This document shows positions 32,838 through 42,914 of a stretch of DNA of 64,000 nucleotides, in pieces. Positions within the stretch are counted from its first letter, which is position 1; the number at the start of each line of letters is the position of its first letter. A model generated the notes under the pieces. That model had not been told where the DNA came from. It saw only the letters and a program-made list of their open reading frames with translations, and searched no databases. The position numbers and the translations under genes are program-made. The stretch covers positions 1,002 through 65,001 of the forward strand of contig JAWXCN010000035.1 of NCBI GenBank assembly GCA_034408725.1, in the 5' to 3' direction. The DNA is from Candidatus Hydrogenedentota bacterium. GTDB taxonomy: Bacteria; Hydrogenedentota; Hydrogenedentia; Hydrogenedentales; SLHB01.

Positions 32838-33804
32838 TCCTGCTCGCGTGCTTGACGCATTCCGCGCCGGATCGCGATTTCTGATAACAAGCCACGTTAG
32901 CCCGGATGGCGACGCCATCGGCAGCCTCCTGGGGATCGCGCATCTGTTGCGCGCGCTGGGCAAGACGGACATCACCTGCGTCCTCGAAGACGCCGTTCCT
33001 CGCGTATACACGTTTCTTGACGGTGCGGACGCAATCATCGCCCCGGCAACTGTGAACGGCGCGGTGGACGTCGCAATCTTGGTCGATGCGCATGCCGCGG
33101 AGCGTTCCGGTGGCGTCGAGCCCATGCTCCGCCGCGCAAAACTGTTTATCGTCATCGATCATCATCTGGTCGAAAAAGCCGATGGCATGCTTCAATTCGT
33201 TGATCCCACGTACGCTGCCGCCGGCGAAATGGTGTATGATCTGTACGCGCTCGCAGGCGCGACACTTTCACCCGGCGCCGCGACGTGCATCTATACCGCC
33301 CAAACCACTGACACCGGCAATTACCGCTATTCCAATACCAACGCGCGGTCCCACCGCATCGCCGCATCGCTGATTGAAGCCGGCGTGAACGTGCGCGATG
33401 TCACGGCGCGCGTGATCGACACCATGTCGCGCGGAAAATACCAGCTCCTTCAAAGGGTGCTCGCCCGTATTCAGTTTCTCGACGGTGGTCGCGTGGCGCA
33501 TGCAGACGTCTTCGATAAAGACCTCTCGGAAACCGGCGCGCTCGCCGAAGATACCGACGGTCTTATCAATTATTTGCGCAACATCGAAGGAGTCCGGCTT
33601 GCCATGGTGTTTCGCGAAACCGCTGACGGTAAGACAAAGGTCAGCTTTCGCACCCAGCCGGAACTGAACGCCGCGGAAATTTGCCGCGCCTTCGGTGGTG
33701 GAGGCCATGCCGTCGCGGCGGGCGCGACACTCGATTCGGGGCTCGCAGAAGCAAAGGAGACTGTCCTGACACACCTTCGCACCCAGGCCGGTCTCGACGT
33801 ATGA
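32818..33804 (+). CDS. nrnA: DHH/DHHA1 oligoribonuclease-PAP phosphatase NrnA
   Basis: HVSPDGDAIGS, IDHH, DTG, GGGGH. Confidence 0.92.
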   Translation: MKTPADSPARVLDAFRAGSRFLITSHVSPDGDAIGSLLGIAHLLRALGKTDITCVLEDAVPRVYTFLDGADAIIAPATVNGAVDVAILVDAHAAERSGGVEPMLRRAKLFIVIDHHLVEKADGMLQFVDPTYAAAGEMVYDLYALAGATLSPGAATCIYTAQTTDTGNYRYSNTNARSHRIAASLIEAGVNVRDVTARVIDTMSRGKYQLLQRVLARIQFLDGGRVAHADVFDKDLSETGALAEDTDGLINYLRNIEGVRLAMVFRETADGKTKVSFRTQPELNAAEICRAFGGGGHAVAAGATLDSGLAEAKETVLTHLRTQAGLDV

Positions 33805-34694
33805 CCGGCATTCTGCTCGTCGACAAGCCGTCGGGGATGACATCACACGATGTGGTCGATTGTATTCGACACGCGGCGAGAATGAAGCGCATTGGCCATA
33901 CCGGCACGCTCGATCCGGCGGCGACAGGATTGCTCATCCTGTGCCTTGGTCATGCGACGCGCCTCTCTGAATTTCTCACGGGACTCGACAAAGTCTATGA
34001 AGGAACCATGCGGTTCGGCATCATCACTGATTCGTATGATTTGGACGGAAAAGTCGTTGAAGAACGGCCCGTTCCGAAAATCACCAATGAGGAAATCCAG
34101 GAAGCGTTCGACGGCCTTTCCGGCGAAATTCTTCAGATACCTCCCATGGTGAGCGCGGTAAAAGTGAAGGGGGAACGTCTCTACAAACTTGCGCGCAAGG
34201 GCGAGACGATCGAGCGTGAACCGCGTAAGATTACCGTGCGCGAATTCGCGCTGCTGGGATACGCGCCACCCGATGCGGCATTTCGCGTGCGGTGTACGCG
34301 CGGCACGTATGCCCGCGCGCTCGCCTACGACGTGGGCGAAAAACTGGGCTGTGGCGCGACGCTCGCCAGCCTTCGCCGCACCGCGGTAGGAAAGCATACA
34401 ATCGAACGCGCGAAGCCGGTGGACGCATTCGCATCTCCGGAGGACGTCGCCGGGTCGCTGTTGCCGGTAGACGACGTGCTGGAACTTCCCGCGGTTCGCG
34501 TGCGCAAAGCGAGCCGGGGCGCCGTCATCGCGGGTGCTACGTTGGAACGCCCCGATCTCGTCGAGGAATGTTCCATCGACAAGGGATGGGTTCAAGTCAA
34601 GTCGGAAACCGGCGAGTTGCTGGCAATGGGAGAAGTCCACGCGATTGACGGCGTGGTGTCCATTCAGCCGAAACGAGTGTTGTACGGCCAGTGA
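33801..34694 (+). CDS. truB: tRNA pseudouridine(55) synthase
   Basis: DKPSGMTSHDVV, GHTGTLDP, PPMVSA; start ATG 33801 overlaps nrnA stop. Confidence 0.96.
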   Translation: MTGILLVDKPSGMTSHDVVDCIRHAARMKRIGHTGTLDPAATGLLILCLGHATRLSEFLTGLDKVYEGTMRFGIITDSYDLDGKVVEERPVPKITNEEIQEAFDGLSGEILQIPPMVSAVKVKGERLYKLARKGETIEREPRKITVREFALLGYAPPDAAFRVRCTRGTYARALAYDVGEKLGCGATLASLRRTAVGKHTIERAKPVDAFASPEDVAGSLLPVDDVLELPAVRVRKASRGAVIAGATLERPDLVEECSIDKGWVQVKSETGELLAMGEVHAIDGVVSIQPKRVLYGQ

Positions 34695-35665
34695 TCCCGA
34701 TCATTGACGATATCCGCGTCAATACTTCTCCTTACCCTAACCTTGCCTTGACTATCGGCAGTTTCGACGGTGTTCATCTCGGGCACCGGGCTATTCTCGA
34801 TGCGGTCGTTCAGCGCGAGCGCGCAATCAATGGCACTTCCGCCGTTCTCACGTTGCGGCCCCATCCCCGCGAATTTTTTTCGCCCGCGCACGCGCCGAGT
34901 CTACTGACCCACGATGCGAAGAAATACGCGCTGTTTGAATCGGCGGGAATTGGCGCCGTGCTTGTCCTGCGTTTCAATACCGAAGCCGCCGCACTCGAAC
35001 CTGAACGGTTCGTCGAGGAAATCATCGTAGGCCGATGCAACGCGAAGGCAGTCGTCGTTGGCCACGACTTCCGGTTTGGCCATAATGCCCGCGGTGATTT
35101 CGACCTGCTTCGCACGCTCGCTCCTCAGTTTAACCTTGCGGTCGAGCAGGTGCCGCCGCTATTAATGGACGGTGAACGCGTGTCGAGCACGCTCATTCGT
35201 GAACGCCTGCTGTTTGGAGACATCGAAAAGGCGGAATCGTTTCTTGGCCGGCCGTATTCATTGGTCGGGACCGTTGTGACGGGCCGGCGAATAGGCGCAA
35301 AACTCGGTTTTCCCACGGCCAATATCCAACCGCATCACAGCGCAGTCCCTGCGCAGGGCGTATATGTCTGCGAAGCGATTGTCAACGGTACACGACATCT
35401 CGCTGCCGTCAACATCGGCATCGCGCCAACCATCCGCAACGAAGACCCGGCGATCGAAGCATATTTATTGGACTTTGATGGCGACTTATACGGGCGCGAA
35501 ATGGAACTGGTGTTTCGCAAACGTCTTCGTGACGAAATGCGGTTTCCCACAGTGGAAGCGCTCATCGCGCAAATCGACCTGGATGTCATCGCCACGCGCG
35601 CATTTTTCACGGGAGGGCGCGCGTCCCCGCGCGCCGGATTGCGTTCTCCCGATACGGCTACGTAA
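34691..35665 (+). CDS. ribF: Bifunctional riboflavin kinase/FAD synthetase
   Basis: GSFDGVHLGH, VSST, GFPTAN, IEAYLLDF. Confidence 0.96.
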   Translation: MIPIIDDIRVNTSPYPNLALTIGSFDGVHLGHRAILDAVVQRERAINGTSAVLTLRPHPREFFSPAHAPSLLTHDAKKYALFESAGIGAVLVLRFNTEAAALEPERFVEEIIVGRCNAKAVVVGHDFRFGHNARGDFDLLRTLAPQFNLAVEQVPPLLMDGERVSSTLIRERLLFGDIEKAESFLGRPYSLVGTVVTGRRIGAKLGFPTANIQPHHSAVPAQGVYVCEAIVNGTRHLAAVNIGIAPTIRNEDPAIEAYLLDFDGDLYGREMELVFRKRLRDEMRFPTVEALIAQIDLDVIATRAFFTGGRASPRAGLRSPDTAT

Positions 35666-35697
35666 GATAAAGCGCGCTGCGACGCGCGCCCTCCCGT
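35609..35697. repeat. REP-like element with a perfect 17-bp inverted repeat overlapping the ribF 3' end
   Basis: ACGGGAGGGCGCGCGTC (35609-35625) and GACGCGCGCCCTCCCGT (35681-35697). Confidence 0.8.
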
Positions 35698-35721
35698 ATT
35701 GCGCGCTACTTGGAGGCAACC

Positions 35722-38367
35722 ATGAAAACTTGTCCTAAATCGGTGCTTTTCCTGTTTGCCGTTTTAACCGCGTCCGCGGCGGAGATTGCCGTTCCCGGCG
35801 ATCACCCTTCCATACAAACTGCAATCGATGCGGCAGCGCCGGGCGACACCGTAGTCATTGCTCCGGGAACGTATGCCGAAGCGCTCACGTTGAAAGACGG
35901 TGTATCACTTCGCGGCAGCTCGCGCGACGAAGTAATCGTCGAATCCCCTTCCACGGCGGGCGCGGTCCTCACGATCAACGCATGCGGCTCAGGCAAAATC
36001 GAAGGCATTACGTTTCGGCACGCGTCAGTTCGCGAAGGCGCAAAATCCGATGAGGCACCCGGCGTCATTGATGTGGTCAACAGCACGGTAGACATTGTGA
36101 ACTGCTCCATCACCAACGGCGAAGGACATGGCGTTTACTTGAAGGCTGGAGGCCAACCCAGCCTGCGCGATTGTATCGTGGACGGAAACGGCGGCAGCGG
36201 TGTTTTCCTCGATGGCCCTGGAATGTTGGCGCGCCTCATCGGCAATACAATTACAAACAACAAACACACGGGTGTTGACGTGTTCACCGCGGACACCGGC
36301 GCCAATCTCAATCGAAACGTAATGAAGGGCAACGGTGTCTACGGACTTTGGGCTGAAACCGGCGCCAAGGTGCTAACAACGGACGATGACTTCACGGATA
36401 ACGCCCAGGTCAATGATTACGAGGCCCGCATCCTTCGCAACGCGAAACGATTCGACGCCATCGAGCAAATTGCCGAACGCCTCCGGCGCGACGAGACCCG
36501 CTACCCTTCAGGCACGTGGCAGCTCGAGGCCTTTTACGATTATCTTTCCAGCCGTTCGCGCGTCCTGGGCGCCGAAGAATTGAAACAGGCGGAACAGGCA
36601 GTTGAAGAATGGAAGAAAGCGTTCCCGAATTCCATCGCGGCCAGAAATTATCTGTTCGATCTCAATTGCGGCCAGGCATGGAAAGCGCGTGGAAGCGGAT
36701 ACATAGACACCGTCACGCCCCACAACCTTCAGGTGTACCGGACGTACATGACCAAGGCGCGCGCCGTTATGGACGAAGCGGCAAACGTCGAGCCTAAAGA
36801 TGCGGAGTACTACACCAACTTGTGTACGCTCGCCATAGAGTTTCCGCGCCCTGCCGATACCAGCCTCTCCGGGTTGGTGTACGGCGTTTTTTCAAGTGTA
36901 TTCGGCGGCAAAACGGAAGACGAGTTTACCGCCGCGTACAACGCCGGCGTAGCCCACGAACCGCTCTACTATCCGCTCTATATGGAGCGCATCCGCGGCC
37001 TGCTTCCGCGCTGGCGCGGAACTCCCGCCCAAATCAAAACATTCGCGAACGAAGCCGCGGATCGCGTTCCCGGTGACGACGGCCTGACGCTCTTTGCATT
37101 GATTGCCACCAGTGTGCGCAAATGGGAAGGGGAGACCCGATACGAGGAGATATATTCATTCTCGTGGGACCGCGTCCGCGCCGGGTACAACGCCTTCCTG
37201 AAGCAGTATCCCAATTCAAACCGCAGGCGCAACGACTTCGCATGGATGGCCTGCGCGGAACGCGACAAGGAAACCGCCTCGTTTTTGTTTCAGGAACTCA
37301 AGGACGAGTGGCACGATATGGTCTGGTCGAATATAGACGAGTACAACGCATTCAAAGCCTGGGCCGTGGACGGCGCCGCATTCCCGGATAGATCGCCCCT
37401 CGAACGGGCCATCGTCGAGAATGATTCAGAGGCAGTGCAATCGCTGTTAGCGTCCGGCAGCGATCCCAACACGAAAACACGCAGTGGTTGGTCCATGCTC
37501 GGACTCGCGATCAATGCCGGCAATTATGATTTGGCTGAAAGGTTGATAACAGCGGGCGCTGATATCAATGCAGTTGACCCGGAAGGAACGCCGCTACTGC
37601 AGTTCACATTAAACGATATGCAGCCGGACAATTTGTTGTTCATGCTCGAACACGGCGCGGATCCAAACGTAATCGACAAAAGCGGGTGGCAACCATTATG
37701 CATCGTCATGAGCTGGGGCAGACCGCAGTACGTCGCCACGTTGTTACAGCATGGCGCGGACCCGAATTTCGCCGACGGCATCGTCCAGACGCCGCTCCAG
37801 CATGCAATTCAGAAAGGCTACAAAAACATTCTACCGGTATTGCTAAACCACGGCGCCGACCCGAACCTGGTTGGGAAAGATGATTCGTCGCCGTTGAGCA
37901 TGGCCGCGCGCAACCAGGACATTGCATTGTGCAAGCTCTTGCTCGAACGTGGAGCAGACCCAAACCTTGGCACGTTCGAGAAATGGGCCCCAATTTACGA
38001 AGCGGCCGATCTCGGCAATCTCGAACTGGCCCGCCTGCTCGTCGACAACGGTGCGGATGTGAACATGGTTCAAACCGACGGCTGGACGACTTTCCACATG
38101 GCCGTCATGGCGGGCCACCAGGACATGCTCGTATACTTGCTCGAACTCTCGCCCGAAGGACTGAACGCGATCACACATACCAAATACACGTTGCTGCACA
38201 CCGCCGCAAAAAACGGCCAAACAGAACTCGCGCGATTCCTTATTCAGAAAGGGTTGGATTTGAATGCCCGCGAAGGAGAAGAAAACAAAACACCATTGTC
38301 CCTCGCAATAGATCGCAAACACTCAGAAACCGCCGAGGTGATCCGCGCCGCTGGCGGGAAAGAATGA
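35722..38367 (+). CDS. Secreted beta-helix + DUF4034-like + ankyrin-repeat protein
   Basis: SIQTAIDAAAPGDTVVIAPGTY beta-helix start; AWKARGSG, PRWRG; multiple GADPN/TPL ankyrin repeats; GGAGG RBS. Confidence 0.8.
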   Translation: MKTCPKSVLFLFAVLTASAAEIAVPGDHPSIQTAIDAAAPGDTVVIAPGTYAEALTLKDGVSLRGSSRDEVIVESPSTAGAVLTINACGSGKIEGITFRHASVREGAKSDEAPGVIDVVNSTVDIVNCSITNGEGHGVYLKAGGQPSLRDCIVDGNGGSGVFLDGPGMLARLIGNTITNNKHTGVDVFTADTGANLNRNVMKGNGVYGLWAETGAKVLTTDDDFTDNAQVNDYEARILRNAKRFDAIEQIAERLRRDETRYPSGTWQLEAFYDYLSSRSRVLGAEELKQAEQAVEEWKKAFPNSIAARNYLFDLNCGQAWKARGSGYIDTVTPHNLQVYRTYMTKARAVMDEAANVEPKDAEYYTNLCTLAIEFPRPADTSLSGLVYGVFSSVFGGKTEDEFTAAYNAGVAHEPLYYPLYMERIRGLLPRWRGTPAQIKTFANEAADRVPGDDGLTLFALIATSVRKWEGETRYEEIYSFSWDRVRAGYNAFLKQYPNSNRRRNDFAWMACAERDKETASFLFQELKDEWHDMVWSNIDEYNAFKAWAVDGAAFPDRSPLERAIVENDSEAVQSLLASGSDPNTKTRSGWSMLGLAINAGNYDLAERLITAGADINAVDPEGTPLLQFTLNDMQPDNLLFMLEHGADPNVIDKSGWQPLCIVMSWGRPQYVATLLQHGADPNFADGIVQTPLQHAIQKGYKNILPVLLNHGADPNLVGKDDSSPLSMAARNQDIALCKLLLERGADPNLGTFEKWAPIYEAADLGNLELARLLVDNGADVNMVQTDGWTTFHMAVMAGHQDMLVYLLELSPEGLNAITHTKYTLLHTAAKNGQTELARFLIQKGLDLNAREGEENKTPLSLAIDRKHSETAEVIRAAGGKE

Positions 38368-38422
38368 GATTCGCGACGCCACTGTGACCGTAAAAATCTT
38401 CGTTGATGCACGGCGCGGCGGT

Positions 38423-38451
38423 TTGACCGGAATCGGCCCCTGTGCTACCTT
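38423..38451 (+). promoter_or_regulatory. Putative sigma70 promoter
   Basis: TTGACC-N17-TACCTT with TG extension upstream of the RidA gene. Confidence 0.45.
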
Positions 38452-38493
38452 CCATTAACCGATTCTTCGGAAAAATATGAGGTCTATCCGTCC

Positions 38494-38877
38494 ATGTCCA
38501 AACGCTGCATTACCGCGCCAAAAGCTCCGCCCGCAGTCGGTCCGTATTGCCATGCAACAATCGCTGGCAACCTGGTGTTTTTATCCGGACAAGGCCCAAT
38601 GGCCCCAGACGGGAGCGGTCCGCGGCGGGATTCGTTCGAGGTGGAAGTGCGGCAAACACTGGATAATATCAGGGCAGTATTGGAAGGGGCGGGTACAAAC
38701 CTTGAACACGTCGTGAAAACCAACGTCTATTTGTCCGATATGAATGACTTCGGGGAAATGAACGGCATATATAAAGAGTATTTTTCGCAGAATCCGCCGG
38801 CGCGAACAACCATTCAGGCCGCGCGGCTACCGTTGGATTTCCGAATCGAAATCGACGCGATTGCCCTCTTGCCGTAA
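38494..38877 (+). CDS. RidA/YjgF family enamine deaminase
   Basis: APPAVGPY, FLSGQ, PPARTT, IEIDAIA. Confidence 0.93.
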   Translation: MSKRCITAPKAPPAVGPYCHATIAGNLVFLSGQGPMAPDGSGPRRDSFEVEVRQTLDNIRAVLEGAGTNLEHVVKTNVYLSDMNDFGEMNGIYKEYFSQNPPARTTIQAARLPLDFRIEIDAIALLP

Positions 38878-38880
38878 ATC

Positions 38881-40143
38881 ATGAAATTCAGGCTTTACAT
38901 GCTTCGTTATACACTGCCGGTAGCGCTGGGCGTTTGCGCGGTCTGGGCGGATTCCGCCGCGGATTTCAACGCGTTGGGCGTCGCTGCATATATTGAAAAG
39001 CGTTGGGACGCCGCGATTCAACAATTCGGCGAAGCATACGAGCTTGCGAAAGACAATCAAACCGTCCGAAGGAACCTGTGTAACGCCTACCAGGCGCAAT
39101 CCAATGAATTGGCGCGCATTAACGATTTTCAAACCGCGACCGATTTGTTGACGTTGGCAATCAGCGTGGACCCGGAAAATGCATCCCCCCTGGTCCAACT
39201 CGGATCGTACTATCTTCACCTCGACATGAATTCTGACGCCGTATACCGGCTCGAGGAAGCCGTCGAACTCGATCAGTCGAATCTCGACGCGCAAGAACTT
39301 CTGGGCGACGCGTATTACCGGCAAAACGATCTGGCGTCCGCCCTGGCGCAATGGGAGACGGTGCGAGAAATCCAACCCAACCGGCCCAGTTTGCAGGGAA
39401 AGTTGCAGAAGGCCTATCGCGAGGAAGGTGTGGAAGGGGGATTCAACAAATACGCGTCGACCCACTTCGAGATCAGTTACAAGGAAGGCACCAACGGCGT
39501 CGATTTAGGAAAGACGCTTCAAATACTCGAACGCGCGTACCGTGAGATCGGCCGAAAGACCGGGGGTGTGCATCCGGCAACGCCTATTCAGGTTGTCGTG
39601 TATACGGCGCCGGATTTCGCGAAATCAACACAACTCGGAGAACATGTGGGCGCGGTTTATGACGGCAAAATTCGCGTTCCGATCAGGGACTCTCAAGGCC
39701 AGATGCTGCCGGAGAACGAACTCACGCGCCGTCTATACCACGAATACACCCACTGCGTTGTTCGCTATTGGGCCGGAAGCAATGTGCCGTGGTGGTTTAA
39801 CGAAGGGTTGGCCGAAACGTTTTCCAGCGAGATGGCCGCCGCCGATACCGCATTGTTGCAGGAAGCGCAGGCACAAGGGCTGCTCTTCGCGCTTGCGTCA
39901 CTCGAGGAGGCCCAACTCAAAAAGCTGGGCCCCGATCAGCTTCAACTCGCGTACCGGCAATCCCACGCCACCGTACACTATCTTTGGAACCGCTGGGGTC
40001 AACGCGGCCTTGCGGACATGATGGAACAATTGCAGAACGGCGCAAGCCATGAAGAGGCGCTTGTCTCGAGCTATCGCACGAACTACGATCTTCTTCAGCG
40101 AGACGTAACGCTCAGTTTTGGGCGAATGCTTTCCCAGCGATAG
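38881..40143 (+). CDS. TPR + peptidase MA-like zinc metalloprotease
   Basis: N-terminal TPRs; HEYTH...PWWFNEGLAE. Confidence 0.85.
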   Translation: MKFRLYMLRYTLPVALGVCAVWADSAADFNALGVAAYIEKRWDAAIQQFGEAYELAKDNQTVRRNLCNAYQAQSNELARINDFQTATDLLTLAISVDPENASPLVQLGSYYLHLDMNSDAVYRLEEAVELDQSNLDAQELLGDAYYRQNDLASALAQWETVREIQPNRPSLQGKLQKAYREEGVEGGFNKYASTHFEISYKEGTNGVDLGKTLQILERAYREIGRKTGGVHPATPIQVVVYTAPDFAKSTQLGEHVGAVYDGKIRVPIRDSQGQMLPENELTRRLYHEYTHCVVRYWAGSNVPWWFNEGLAETFSSEMAAADTALLQEAQAQGLLFALASLEEAQLKKLGPDQLQLAYRQSHATVHYLWNRWGQRGLADMMEQLQNGASHEEALVSSYRTNYDLLQRDVTLSFGRMLSQR

Positions 40144-40224
40144 TGCCTACCGGCATCTCCTGAAATTCGTCGTCGCTTCGTAGTATACTCTTGTCAACAA
40201 TCCAGCGAACACGGGTCTCTATCC

Positions 40225-40842
40225 ATGCGCATTCACCGCATCTCTATCTTCGCACTCGTAGTCATCACCGGTTGCGCGACAACATCACAACCTGAACCAG
40301 CGGATTTAACCGCGCTCGAGCCGATTGCCGAAAAGGGATTGCAGGTTGCCGGACCGTGGACACCTCTCGAGGACGGCATCACCAACATGGTGCCGAGCGA
40401 TGCGGCGGTCCAGGAGGGGCAAGTCCGCGACGGCACGGGAGTGAGCACCGCGGTCGTAAAGGGATTCAAGGCGCAGGACATTGTCGCCCAGGCAACCGTA
40501 GTCTTTGACGGGACAGGTGCTCCGTCGCTCGTATTTCGCGCATCCGAAAAAGATGGCGTCATCACCGATATGTATTCCGTCGCGTTGTACGGCGATGGCG
40601 TAAATATATGGCGAATGCGGGACGGGCAATGGGTGCTGCTCGAGGCCAAATCCATGCCGTTGCAAGCGCGCACGCCATATACATTGCGGGTCACTGCGAA
40701 AGACGAACGGATTCTCGTTTTCGTAAACGACGAGCAGACATCGGAGTTGATCGATGAATCACATGTTGTGGAAGGGCGCGCCGGAATTCGCGCAATAGAA
40801 GGACCGTGCAAGATTTCAGACCTGCGCGTTTCAAAACATTAA
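40225..40842 (+). CDS. Lipoprotein with ConA/DUF1080-like beta-sandwich
   Basis: ITGC lipobox-like; YTLRVTAKDERILVFVND...GRAGI. Confidence 0.65.
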   Translation: MRIHRISIFALVVITGCATTSQPEPADLTALEPIAEKGLQVAGPWTPLEDGITNMVPSDAAVQEGQVRDGTGVSTAVVKGFKAQDIVAQATVVFDGTGAPSLVFRASEKDGVITDMYSVALYGDGVNIWRMRDGQWVLLEAKSMPLQARTPYTLRVTAKDERILVFVNDEQTSELIDESHVVEGRAGIRAIEGPCKISDLRVSKH

Positions 40843-40861
40843 CCTGCTTCCGGAGACACCG

Positions 40862-42910
40862 GTGAAACAATATGTATTCGTGTGCTTCCTCGCGTGCTGT
40901 GCAAGCACCGCGGCGACGATTTCAGGTCAGGTCGTCGCGCAGGGAGGCAAGGCCATACCGGGGTCCCGCGTCTACATCGAGCCGGGGCTTGGCGGCGCGC
41001 TCATGCAAACGACGGTATCCGCCGATGGCGCATTTCGATTCGATAACGTGCCAGCGGGTCTGTTGGGCATCTTTGCATATGCGGACGGTTACGCATTTGG
41101 CGGTCTAAGCGCGACCGTCGGCCCAGCGGACGAAGTAAAAGACCTGAGCATCACGTTGCTTTCCCCAGGAAGCGTGGGAGGACGGGTGATAAGTCCTAAA
41201 GGCGATCCGATTGCCGGCGCGCGGATCACGCGGGTGTTGGTGCTTGGCAACGCAAAAGTGAGTATCCCGCTGGCCAAACTTGTCGAGCAGGGTCATTCCG
41301 AACCCCAAACGGATGCTGAAGGAAGATTCTCAGTTCCAGAACTGCCGGTCGGTGCGAAGATCGCCATAAAGGTTGGCCATCCAAATTACGCGCAGCAAGG
41401 TGTGGGTGACATAACAGTGGGTGACCAGACTGTCCGCGTGCAATTGTACGAAGGAGTGATTTTGCGCGGAAGCGTCGTGGCGCGAGACAGCGGTCAGGCC
41501 GTCGCGAATGCGGTAATCGTAATCAGCGCGGCGCGGCCTCCGCACGATACCGTGCTCGCTAAGACCGACGGGACCGGCAAGTTTGTCGTTCGATTGAATC
41601 CGAATACCTACGCGTTCCAATCCGCAAGCGCCGAACTCCGAAGCGCGGGATGGGAAAAGCTGACGGTCTCCGGACAGGAGGTGTCCCAGGAGGTGGTGTT
41701 GCGCGTCGCGGGGACAGGGACAATACGCGGCGAAGTGCGTAACGCCGTGACGAACGATCCGGTATCCGGAGCGCGCGTTTCGCTTGCGGCATTTGGTTCG
41801 CCCGCCGCGGTAATCACGACCAATAATTCCGGCACTTTCGAGTTCGATGCGGTCGAGGGAGAAAACACTGTCCGCGTCGAACCCGCGGCTGGGTTCTTGC
41901 AGCCCGAACGGCCTTTTATATCGCTCACCGTAAAGCAAGGCGAAACGGCGACGCTGCCGGCGTTTTACCTTGCGCCCTTGCCAGGCTACAAGGTGAAGAT
42001 CGTGGATGCGGATCAAAAAGCGGTCGCAGGCGTGATCGTGCGAATGATCCGCCCCATGCAGCATCGCTGGTACATCACCGGAGCGGACGGCACGGTAACA
42101 CTTCAGGTTGCCAGCGCGCCGAAGACCAATAAAATTATTGGTATGGCCGAACGGCCCGCAACGCGCGAAGGCGCGCTATTCTCAATCGATATGGCCGCGA
42201 AATCGGAACCCGTGGTGCAACTGCTTTCGCTGGGTACAGTGACCGGCCAGGTGATGACGTCGAAAGAAAAGCCCGTCGAAGGTGTCGTAGTCGGCGGACT
42301 TTTTCAAAGCGATGCCGATGATGAACCATTGCCATTGTGGCAAACGACAAGCGGCGCCGACGGCCGCTTTAGTTGGAATCACGTTGTGCCTTTTGTCCCA
42401 TCCGCATGCCTGGCATCAGCCGGCGACGATATTTTTGGGCGGTCGATACCATTCAATATTCAGCCTGGAGCAAGCCAGGACCTGGGCCGCATCGTGTTGG
42501 TCGAGCCCGCCAATTCAAAAAGCGCCAAACTAACGAAGCAAAAAGGATTGACCGGAAAGCCGCTCGAGTGGCACGTGAACCCGGTGCTCGCGGGCGCGTT
42601 GCCGTCGCGGGAAGAGTTGGATGCGGGCGCGCCCGCGGTCGTGATGTACACGACACCCGATGAAGCGGCGATGGTGATCGATGCGCTGTCCGTGGCGCGA
42701 AAAACGCTGTCCGTATCGGACGTTTTGTTCGTTGTCGTTGTAGATGGCCTGTATTCCGGCGAGGCCGGTGGCCTAATCGTTCTCCAAGGCAAATCACCGG
42801 GGCCGGCGACGACATACCTGCTTGATGCGAATGGCAACGTCGCCCTAGAGACCGCTGGTCTGCCGCCTGCCTCTGCAATTGTGGCGCTTGGAACGCCGGT
42901 CGCGGGTTGA
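40862..42910 (+). CDS. Secreted carboxypeptidase-regulatory-like repeat protein
   Basis: Repeated ISGQV/GRV..G.PIAGARV..TD..G.F units; possible degenerate thioredoxin fold at the C-terminus. Confidence 0.75.
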   Translation: MKQYVFVCFLACCASTAATISGQVVAQGGKAIPGSRVYIEPGLGGALMQTTVSADGAFRFDNVPAGLLGIFAYADGYAFGGLSATVGPADEVKDLSITLLSPGSVGGRVISPKGDPIAGARITRVLVLGNAKVSIPLAKLVEQGHSEPQTDAEGRFSVPELPVGAKIAIKVGHPNYAQQGVGDITVGDQTVRVQLYEGVILRGSVVARDSGQAVANAVIVISAARPPHDTVLAKTDGTGKFVVRLNPNTYAFQSASAELRSAGWEKLTVSGQEVSQEVVLRVAGTGTIRGEVRNAVTNDPVSGARVSLAAFGSPAAVITTNNSGTFEFDAVEGENTVRVEPAAGFLQPERPFISLTVKQGETATLPAFYLAPLPGYKVKIVDADQKAVAGVIVRMIRPMQHRWYITGADGTVTLQVASAPKTNKIIGMAERPATREGALFSIDMAAKSEPVVQLLSLGTVTGQVMTSKEKPVEGVVVGGLFQSDADDEPLPLWQTTSGADGRFSWNHVVPFVPSACLASAGDDIFGRSIPFNIQPGASQDLGRIVLVEPANSKSAKLTKQKGLTGKPLEWHVNPVLAGALPSREELDAGAPAVVMYTTPDEAAMVIDALSVARKTLSVSDVLFVVVVDGLYSGEAGGLIVLQGKSPGPATTYLLDANGNVALETAGLPPASAIVALGTPVAG

Positions 42911-42914
42911 ATAA

